Shown one piece after another: positions 51,201 through 60,994 of a stretch of 64,000 bases of DNA. Where the stretch lies: assembly GCF_964204645.1 (NCBI RefSeq), contig NC_134028.1, positions 19,475,653 to 19,539,652 of the forward strand, in the 5' to 3' direction. Source of the DNA: Tubulanus polymorphus. Its lineage: Eukaryota; Animalia; Nemertea. The translations under genes were made by a program, and so were the position numbers. The notes under the pieces were generated by a model, which saw only the letters and a program-made list of their open reading frames with translations, was not told the origin of the DNA and did not search any database. Within the stretch, counting starts at the first letter, position 1; every line of letters begins with the position of its first letter.

Positions 51201-54200
51201 CAATAACCCAAACAATCCGATCGTTCCTTACCAACACAATACCGTTATTTTCGGTTCTACTGCTAGCCCGTTCATGCTAGCGGCAGTGTTGAATAAGCAT
51301 TTGCAACTGAGCGATTCTTGGATCGCAGCGGATATGATCAACAGATTTTACGTTGATAATCTACTCACGAGTGTGATGTCAGAGGTCGATGCTCTGTCAT
51401 ATTATCAATCATCGAACAAAATTCTCAACGACGCAGGTTTCCACTTACGTCAGTGGGCCTCGAACTCGAAACAGGTAAGCGATGCAGCGAAAATCGATGA
51501 AATTCAGTACCCCACAGAAGAGGTGTCAGTTCTAGGAATGAGCTGGAATACTAGAACTGACCTCATTTCGTTATCTCAGGCTCAGTTGGTTACAACAACA
51601 ACAAATACTAAACGGTCTGTAGTTTCGCAAACAGCCTCGGTTTATGACCCACTTGGCTTAGCTGGCCCAGTTATCGCATTAGCTAAGATATTTATCAACA
51701 AACTGTGGCTGACTGGAAAAGACTGGGATGACAGGTTATCAACAGAAGAAACGGGTGAGTGGGATGTTATTAGGTCAAATTTGCGACAGACGAATGAAAT
51801 CATAGTGCCGCGTTGGCTTGGTATGGACACCAATCAGAAGGTACATTTCATGGTATTCTCCGATGCTGCTCCGAATGTAGCCATCGGCTGTGTGGTTTAT
51901 GCAAAACAAGGTGGAAATGTACAGATTATAGGTTCTAAAAACAAAGTCGTGTCCAAAAACAAATCCGGATGGACTGTTCCAAAGTTGGAGCTCGAAGCGA
52001 TGACTATGGCTGTCAAATATGTAAACACAGTCATAGACGCATATTCATCACAATTCAAAACAATTGAGGTAAGATATTTTACCGATTCAACTATAGCTCT
52101 GTGTTGGCTGAAATCAAACAAGGATTTGACCCAATTTGTAAAGAATCGAGTCGAAAAGATCAAGAATGGGAGCCTTGTGGATCGCTGGACGCATATGGCT
52201 TCAGAACACAATCCGGCTGACATCATTTCTAGAGGCATGTCCTTTGACAATCTTAGAAGATCTATGTGGTTCACAGGCCCTCAGTGGATGCTAGCCTCTT
52301 TGGCCCCTCCCGTTGCTAATGAGGATATCGGGGTCACAATCCTCGCAGCAGCAACAGAATACGAAAATGAATTCATCACTCGAGAAACGCAAGATTCCGA
52401 CAAACAAGGTATTCACAACATTATTGATGTCAACGAATTCACTGATTGGACCAAGCTCATAAAGGTTATAGCGTTGGTCAAGCGAGCCTTTAAAAAAGGG
52501 CTAACACACAAACGATGTCAATTGTCTGCTGCTGACATGTACTCAGCTGAAATGACACTGATACTTAGCCACCAACGTAGAACATACCCTGATGTTTTCA
52601 GATACATCGAAACAAACAAAGGTAAGTGCCCTGCTCTTGTTAGGCAGTTAGGTATCGAAAAAGACAAACATGGTGGTTACCTTCGTTGTGTAGGTCGACT
52701 TAAGAATGCGAAACGGGTAAACCCTCTTCTCAATTCACACAACTCATACCTAGCTACGCTCATCATACGCCAATCTCACGAAAATGTCCTACACTACGGT
52801 GTTGGTATGACAATATGCGATGTTCGGAAGCGATATTGGATCTCGGCGGTCAGATTCGTTGCCAAGAAAAATCTCCATCGATGCGTAACATGCAAAAAGC
52901 TGTACGGTAAGCCCTATACCGCCCCTGACCCCCCACCTCTTCCGGACTTCAGGTTGACCAATTTCAGGCCTTTCTCCGCCACTGCCATGGATTTCACTGG
53001 CCATTTGAATGTCCGGAAAGGGGTGACAGAGGTAGGTAAATGTTACATATGTTTGTACACGTGTTGTACAACCCATTTAGAAGTGGTTAACGACCTGTCC
53101 GTAGATTCTTACATACGCTCGTTTCGACGTTTTTGTACGGCCTATTCGACTCCAAATATACTCTACAGCGATAATGCGAAAACCTTCGTCGCGGGGGAGG
53201 CCGAAATAAAGCGTTTATTTGAAATCGCAAATTCGTCTCAATCACAAAACCATTATGCTGAAAAGCGTGTTGCCTTCAAGTATGCTCCAGTCCAAGCCCC
53301 TTGGATGGCGGGAGTTCACGAGCGGTGCGTAGGTACGATAAAACGAGCTGTCAAGAAAACGCTTAAGAATGCTCTCGTTACAATTGAAGAATTACAAACG
53401 CTTGTTAAAGAAATTCAGGCTATAGTAAATAATAGGCCCCTAACTTACGTCGAAGAAAAAATTGACGAGCTAAAACCAGTCACTCCTAATTCGTTAATCT
53501 ATGGACGTGACGTCGAGTTGATACCTAACGAAGAAATCGGGGAATCTGTAATATTTGATGCGGATTATTTGAACAACACGAGCATAACGTTGCAAAAGAT
53601 GGCCTTTTATAGAGCCAAGCTCATTACTGATTTTCAAAACCGTTTTAAATCTGAGTACCTAGCTGTACTCCGCGAACGACATAGAACTGAAATTAAAAAG
53701 CGACATCACAAAAAGGCCACAATAAAAAACGGAGATGTGGTAGTGATTAACGACAAAGACACTCCTCGTCACAAATGGAAACTCGGAATTATTACCGAAA
53801 CCCTCGAAAGTAGTGACGGCGGTATCCGCGCGGCTAGGGTCAAAACCATCAACGGAACAACTTGTCGAGCAGTGTCAAAATCATATCCACTTGAATTTAG
53901 TGTAGATGTGATTGTGAAACAAAACAAATCAGCAGCTGACAAACCCAAACCATTAAAAAGACCCTGTCGTGAAGCAGCACACAAAGCTCGAGCTAAGATT
54001 GCTCAACTGGCGACTGATAGTGATCATGATTCGGATTCGACTTAGTTGGGAATTTACATTCGAACGTGTTTAAGTTTACATAAAAATTCTTATGTTGAAA
54101 ATTGTGTGCATCTCGTTCAATCTCGCATATATTTTAGTTTAGCGTAGATTAGTATTAGATTAAATAGTTTGTTATATATGTTACATGTTCAAATGAAATC

Positions 54201-54749
54201 AAAGTGTATGGGTGATTACATATTCGTGGATTATTTCAACGCGCGCAGCCATGACCTATGGAATGGAACACAGTGACCTACAACCGTGGATAACTCATAT
54301 CACCGGATGATATAAACATTAGTAATTTTAATCACGCCAGTAACTGTTTACGCGTTTACACCTGGAACTTTAATTGTTCAACTACAAATTGCATATGCGG
54401 ATATTATAAAAAGACACTAGAACTACGCTGCGACTATTTCATATCTTGTACCTATCTTCCGGCGGGGGAGGATGTCTGTGACGCCATTCAGTTTGACACA
54501 ATTCTTTCTATAGTTTATAGTTTGAACCGCTCTTATCAGTACACTTTCATTCAGGCATTACGGTAATTCGACTCTCTTTAGATAAACGACTATTTCCAGG
54601 CATCACCCACGTCTCTCTTTCCTCTGCGCATGCGTATATAATCATAACCTTATAGTTTTAGTAAAATATATTCAGTTAATCATATGGAAATTCATGAGTT
54701 AGATCTGATCAATCGATAGTCGCCACTCGGACGGCCAGAGTCGACGACA
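48264..54749 (+). mobile_element. Full-length BEL/Pao LTR retrotransposon
   Basis: 277-bp TG...CA LTRs (48264-48540, 54473-54749), 5-bp TSD ATCCG, PBS TGGTGCCGTGACCAGGAT (tRNA-His-like) at 48542, and a polypurine tract GGCGGGGGAGGA before the 3' LTR. Confidence 0.97.
48656..54045 (+). pseudogene. BEL/Pao gag-pol polyprotein (DUF1759-type gag, three zinc knuckles, aspartic protease, RT, Pao peptidase/RNase H, integrase) with disabling lesions
   Basis: LPVFDG..W..FW, CxxC...H...C knuckles, LLDNCS, ADIAKAF, YVDN, FSDA, DFTG, SDNAKTF, APWMAGVHER. Stops at 48746 and 50992, plus a frameshift near 48930. Confidence 0.9.
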
Positions 54750-54920
54750 ATCCGTAATGCCGATCTGGATACGTCATTTAAACTCACCCACGCAACAGTG
54801 AAAAACCATCGTTTTCGTACTGATTTAAGATGGATTTTTACCAAATATAAGAACGATATTCGAACTAACATGTCAGAAAACATGTTATCGCTGCTTTGCA
54901 GCTATGTTTCTTCTGGTATT

Positions 54921-55478
54921 TATGGTGGCTGATAAGGGCCATTGTGTAAATTTCCTGGTATGTAAATGAGGGCGCCAGAACGCCAAAACGAAAAAAAACC
55001 CTCAAATTTTCTCTGAAAGTAGTTTGTTTTGGCGCGCCAAAACAAAGAATGTTCCATTTTGGCGCCCCCGCCAATACGAACTTTCATTTTGGCGCCCCCG
55101 CCAAAACGAACTTTCAACCACGTAAAATAATTCTATATATGCGAATTTATGCAAATTACACACAGGATCAACGCGCCAAATTGAAAAATAATTTTACTGT
55201 GGTTGAATGCTTGTTTTGGCGGGGGCGCCAAAACGGAAATAACCGCGCCAAAACGAAATAATCTTTGTTTTGGCGCGCCAAAACGAACTTTCAGAGAAAA
55301 TTTGACGTTTTTCGTTGTTTTGGCGGGGGCGCCAAAACGGAATATTCTTTGTCTTGGCGCGCCAAAACGAACTTTCAGAGAAAATTGGACGTTTTTTTTT
55401 CGTTTTGGCGTTCTGGCGTTCTGGCGCCCTTATTTACATACCAGGCATTTTACGCTATGGCACTTATCATCCACCATA
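54921..55478. mobile_element. Non-autonomous (MITE) member of the 26461 transposon family
   Basis: TATGGTGGCTGATAAGGGCC ... GGCACTTATCATCCACCATA termini, internal palindromic modules in inverted orientation, perfect 6-bp TSD GGTATT (54915-54920, 55479-55484). Confidence 0.92.
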
Positions 55479-55490
55479 GGTATTGTTATA

Positions 55491-57121
55491 TTGATTGATT
55501 GATTTTATTTTCATAGAACATAGTCTAGTATAATAATTTATCTTACAAAATACCACTATGAACTATGAAGGACTCGTCCAGAGCCTGAAGGCTGTAGCTC
55601 TGAACAGAGTGGACGAGCCCCGGTGACTATGAAATGGATTATGATGACAAATACACAGATGTCAATATTATAAGATTTATCTATGGTAAGCTATTTTCAA
55701 AACAACATACAACATACAATGGTAATTATACTTCAATAACTATTATATAACATAAACATACTATGATAGAATATTTTAGGGGGACGGGATGAATATTCAA
55801 TATCTATTGATGAGCTGTTTTTTGTAGAGCCTGGTGAATGAATGAATTAATGGAGATTTTCTGATTGTGTTATCGATTGTTTGCCAAATGACTGGAACTT
55901 TGTTAAGAAACGATTTATTGAACATATTCGTTTTGTGACGGGCAGATTGTGAATAATTTCTTGATCTTGTGTTATGTGTGTGGTTTACTTGGTTATGTTG
56001 GAACAATGCTCTTATCGGGGTGGGCAATTTTCCTTCGAAGTATTTGTAGCCAATTTTTGCGAGGTCTAAATTTATTATGTCTTCAAATTCTAGGATATCA
56101 TATTTTCTAAATAAGTGTGATGTGGGGGCCATTATAGCGGCTGTTATCGATATATCTGATTGCCCTTTTCTGCAATTTGAAAATGGTGTCTATTTGTTTT
56201 TTTGAGAGAAGAGTGCCCCACGATGTCACTGCATAAGATAAATGTGTATGTATATAGCTTAATACAGCAGTTTCTTACTCCAAGCAGGTATAAATTTTTT
56301 TATTCTTCTTAATAAATACAAGTTTCTATTGATTTTTGAACAGATTTGTTTGAATTGTTGTTCACAAGATAGATTTTCATCAATAAGTACTCCTAAAAAT
56401 TTACACTGCTTTAATGATCTTATTTTCTCAGTACCAAATATGAGATCTATACCTGTTTGGAAACTTTTACTTCTGGGACTGTTAATTTGTTAGCATGGAA
56501 CCAATCGATCAGTGTAGATAGGTCATCTTTCAGAAGATCTAAAATAGTGTTAAGATTCTTTCCGGTAATATATATGCTAGTGTCGTCTGCGAATAATATA
56601 CTTTTACAGGATTTTAAAACTTGTAGGGCATCGTTAACATATATAAGCAGTGGTCCGAGTATAGAGCCTTGAGGAATTCCATATTCGACTTTAGTTAGAT
56701 TTGATTTGATTCCGTTGACCTTTACATACATTCTCCTTTCACTGTGGTAACTTTTCAACCATTGCAATGGAATTCCTCTTATTCCATACTTATCTAATTT
56801 GTATACTAACGTTGGGATATCGAGCGAGTCAAACGCTTTAGACAGATCAAGGAAGACTCAAATAGTGTTATTACCATTGTCGAAGCTACTAATTATATTT
56901 CCGGTTAATTCAAGTATTGCTTGAGCAGTTGAATGATTTTCTCTGTACCCATATTGGCTGCTGTAGAGTAAGTTGTTCGTAATAAAAAAGTTATATAGCC
57001 TGTTGTGAACTATTTTTTCTAGTATTTTAGATATTACGGGTAAAAGTGAGATAGGCCTGTAGTTAGTTGCTTGGGATTTATCATCACCTTTGTGGATAGG
57101 AATAACTTCTGCAATTTTCAT
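55491..57121 (-). pseudogene. 5'-truncated CR1/L2-type LINE (RT and C-terminal region, 3' UTR, (AATC)n tail)
   Basis: VIPIHKGDD...NYRPISLLPVISKILEK, GIPQGSILGPLL, LFADDT, WFHANKL. Frameshifted. Tail (TTGA)n at 55491-55503. Confidence 0.88.
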
Positions 57122-58455
57122 TAATTTATTTTCATTATATTATATTAATGTAAAATGTTTATGCTTTGTAAATTCTACTTGTAAATATAACTCTGGAGAC
57201 CACGACCCTAAAGGGTGTAATAAGTACAATAAAGAGATTATTGAATTGAATTGTTTGGAATCGAATAGCGTCACAGAGGGTTATGAGCCCTGAAACCTCC
57301 TCGGAGCTCTCCTGAAGTCGTACGTTTGTGAAGCTATCGTTTTGTGGCGCGCTCTTGTGGAGACGCCGCCTTGAATCTTTGTCAAATTACACCGGCTTAT
57401 AACCACAGAAGGCATGCGGAAGGAAACATCCACCAAGCTCTGGAGGTGGATCCACAGTGGTCAACGACGCTCTGCGATCCTTCTACACCCATCTGCAGTA
57501 CACTGAGCTGCCAAGTTGTAACTACTGTCACACCTGCTCTCCATGCGATGTTTTGGTCCGTAATTTCGTTAATAATCGGTTTAAGTAATAGGGAATATCT
57601 TATTTCATACCAGAGGTCGAAGGGTCGAGCTCGCAATAAAATAAAAACAAATTCTCACACGCTCGAATTTATTTTTATTTTTTTACTCACTCACCTCTTC
57701 AACCTCTGATATGAAAAAAAGATATTCCTAATTACTCTAAACATTTCATATATATGAATATCATTTATATATATGAGTATCATTTATATAAATATCATGT
57801 ATATGAAAATCAATTTTAATAAAAAGTATGTATAATAAATGGAGAGTAAAAAAATACACTGTGAATTCCTAGCTAAAATTAAAGATACTACAAATGTCAC
57901 ATCTATAGATTATAAATTTAAAAAGTTATATGAATTAACATTACATAATAAATATTTAATTACAAATATAGCTGCGAAGCAGCGATAACGGGTTTTCTGT
58001 ACAGTCTTAAAAACCTGTTAAACGGTCAACACAGTTTTATAAAAGGAAGGTCGACAAATAGTCAATTATACCTACTTGAAGCCATGGACGACTGGACCAG
58101 ATGGTCTTGTTTAACTCTTGAGAATCGACTGTTAGGCCTTAATTAGTCTTTATGGATTTCGACACAAAGCCTTTGATAAGGAACAACATCGGCCATTGCT
58201 AAACAAGCTATTGGGAAACATTATCAATAGTAATTAGAAGATGGCGTTTTCAACCCAGAGTACGAGAGTACGAGCTTGCAAAAATGAAAAACATGAAAAT
58301 AATAGCAATTTCTACTTGAATTAGCAGCGAAACTCATAAAAATGAACATTATTTACATAAATTTCATATATTTTAAAATCATTTATATGTTAATTATAAC
58401 TCATTTCATACCAGACGAGACACCCGTCATCACAAGTAATTTTTTTTCCTTATAA

Positions 58456-58782
58456 ATGGGAGATAGAAAAGCATTCTTAGCAACAATAAATAACAGAATT
58501 AAACCAGCAAAAAAACAATTTGAAATAAAAAAGTTAGTTGATGTTACAAATGAAATTGAACATAAAATATTGAAATTAGAAAAGATAAAAACTAAATATG
58601 GAGAGAAAGTATCAGCTAATTTAAGCTACTGTAATGTTAGTACATCGCGAGAATTTAAAGTATTTTTACCTGATAAATGGGTTTCATTGAGTACAGAGGA
58701 ATTAAAAGATTTAGAAGGATTTAAAATAATCTATCATGGAAAAAATGAAGATGGTCATCATGATTTAGAAATTGTTGATTAA
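58456..58782 (+). CDS. Polinton-associated small hypothetical protein (108 aa)
   Basis: Intact ORF with a TATAAATG start context inside the AT-rich element. No confident domain assignment. Confidence 0.55.
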   Translation: MGDRKAFLATINNRIKPAKKQFEIKKLVDVTNEIEHKILKLEKIKTKYGEKVSANLSYCNVSTSREFKVFLPDKWVSLSTEELKDLEGFKIIYHGKNEDGHHDLEIVD

Positions 58783-58897
58783 ATTTAAAAAAAAATAAAT
58801 TAATTAAAATAATGAATATCTAGAATCCGAAATGACTTATCTGGACAATTTAATTGCTCCGCATAGATAGACAAAAGTAGTGAGATATTCAATTAAT

Positions 58898-59326
58898 TTA
58901 AAAAAAATTATTTTTTTTGCTTTTTTCTAAAATATTAATCCATTTTTTTATTGTCAATTTTGGAATTTCAGAAGTATTTTCATTTTTGATAGCAGTTGTT
59001 TCAGAATTATAAATATCATGAATTTTATTTGATTTCTTATACCAATTACGCCCAATCAAAATGAATACAATTACAAATCGAACTGTAAAATATAAATATT
59101 TATCAAATATTTTATTACCAGAAGGAGTAGAAATAACAATATTTTCACTATTATTAAAATTTTCATTATTTATTCCTTCTTTTTTAGCTTTTTTATATTC
59201 TTGTGATTTAATTCCAAATTGCCGAGACCATTCATTTTGTTTCGGACTTCTCAGGTTTTTCTTCACAGTTAATTCCTTCACTTCTTCCACTTCGCTCATT
59301 AATTGTAGAAAAATTTCTACTTTCAA
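58898..59326 (-). pseudogene. Polinton-associated hypothetical ORF, probably partial
   Basis: Lys/Asn-rich open frame with a short hydrophobic stretch and no clear ATG start. Confidence 0.35.
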
Positions 59327-59374
59327 TATTCGAAAATGTTATAACTCCAGTTGATAATAATGTCATAAATCCAC

Positions 59375-59833
59375 TTATTGAAATGATAAATATCCAATCC
59401 ACTTATTTAATTCAGTCATAACTAAATAATCATTTTTTAAATCGGAATAATATCTTTTTTCATCTTGAATTGGCAGCATATAATTACATAATTTAATATA
59501 ACTTTTTACTACATTTTCTGATATCACGTCATTAATTCTAGCTATTCTCGCAGTTTCATAAATCTTAAATAATTTAATAATTTCATCTGATTTCATTGTA
59601 TCTAATTCATTATAAGTTAAATTTTTACTAATAAAACTTTTACATTTCCCAGATGCTATTAATATTTCTAATTGATGTTTACAATAAAGATAATATTCAT
59701 AATTATTATTTGTTGTGACATTATTTAAAGCACCATCATCTGGAGTTAATTTTGTTTCTGTTATTCCTATATCATCTAAAGTTTTTTCAATTGGAACATC
59801 GCCATTTTTAGATTTTTTCTTTTCACCTCCCAT
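59375..59833 (-). CDS. Polinton-associated hypothetical protein (152 aa, possibly truncated)
   Basis: Open frame with a TATAAATG start context, downstream of the ATPase on the same strand. Confidence 0.55.
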   Translation of the reverse strand: MGGEKKKSKNGDVPIEKTLDDIGITETKLTPDDGALNNVTTNNNYEYYLYCKHQLEILIASGKCKSFISKNLTYNELDTMKSDEIIKLFKIYETARIARINDVISENVVKSYIKLCNYMLPIQDEKRYYSDLKNDYLVMTELNKWIGYLSFQ

Positions 59834-59866
59834 TTATATAACAAAAAAATTAGTTGTGATGTTGCG

Positions 59867-60138
59867 ACTAGAATTTAACTAGAATGTAACTAAAAATCAA
59901 CTAGATTAACAAACTAGTTGAATTATTATTGTTTTTATTTATTTCTTGTTAAATCTAGTTGATTTTTGTTCCAACTACCAATAACTAGAATTCAACTGGA
60001 ATGTAACTAAAAATATACTAGATTAACAAGCTAGTTAAAATATTGTTGAATTTTATTTGATTTTTGTTTCAACTACCAATAACTAGAATTCAACTAGAAT
60101 GTAACTAAATATGTAATAGATTAACAAGCTAGTTGAAT
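59867..60138. repeat. Three direct copies of an ~57-bp ACTAG-rich motif between Polinton ORFs
   Basis: ACTAGAATT.AACT.GAATGTAACTAAA.....TAGATTAACAA.CTAGTT.AA at ~59867, 59984 and 60082. Confidence 0.75.
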
Positions 60139-60684
60139 TTAAATAAATTCATATTTAAAAGGGTGCTGTAATCGAAATAGTAATTTTGATCTTTTATTAA
60201 TTTTCAATTTATCCATATATTCATTATGTAAATCATGTGGAATAATATCATTTTCCTCAAGCGCATTTTTCATCGATTTCCTATCTTTATTGTAGAATAA
60301 AACTAAAAATCTAATGTTTTCTCTAAAATCTTTAACAATTGAATTATATTTTTGATTTAAAACCCAAGTTGTCATCCTAAAATGTCTACCAGAAAAAGCT
60401 AAATAACATAACTCACTTTCTCTAACTTTTGAATCATGTAAATTTGCACAATCATCTATAATGAATAATGTATTTGATCCTTCATAAACATCAATTGCTA
60501 TTTTAATACAATTATCTAAATTTTCTTTTACTGTTTTAGGATCTAATATAATAAATTTATTATTTTTAGTTATATTTCTATCATAAGTTTGATTAAATTC
60601 ATATGTTGGACAAAATAATACTATATTATCAAAATAGTTTTTATAAACAGTTTCTAATAAATTTAATATAAAATAAGTATTTCC
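60139..60684 (-). pseudogene. A32/FtsK-like packaging ATPase of Polinton type, N-terminus cut off at Walker A
   Basis: G(N)TYFILNLL (Walker A remnant), TLFIIDDCA (Walker B), LAFSGRH, VLNQKY..I.K..REN. Confidence 0.8.
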
Positions 60685-60994
60685 GTCGAGTACTGTACCC
60701 TTTCCTATGGTTTTTGCCAATATTTTCTAAATTTGGATTTATCGCCAATGGTTTTTCTATACGACCCGGCCCTGCGGTATTGCATTTAGCCACCGGCGAA
60801 ATCCGCCATCTTTTTTCTTGGCGTTCTCGCAGTAGAACGCGTTGGATTTTTTCGCCGTAAAAATCTGGGAATTAGGATATTAGAGAGTTTTCACTCTCAT
60901 AACGGTGAGTCCGTTCGGTTTGGGGGTTATCCCTGGTTTCTTTTTTTCCGTAAGAATTTTATTTACAAATATAATTTGATTGAATTGAATTGTT

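Larger units (their letters stand above)
57584..60680. mobile_element. Polinton/Maverick-like element end fragment (very AT-rich, intronless, compact ORFs)
   Basis: AGTAAT terminus shared with the TSD-flanked mini-element at 42940. Dense small ORFs and an A32-like packaging ATPase. Truncated by the DIRS insertion. Confidence 0.7.

Noticed and set aside
60685-60720. N-terminus MAKTIGKGTVLD of ORF 60139-60720 as a real Walker A region
   Set aside because: It derives from the antisense strand of the DIRS end; the ORF is chimeric.
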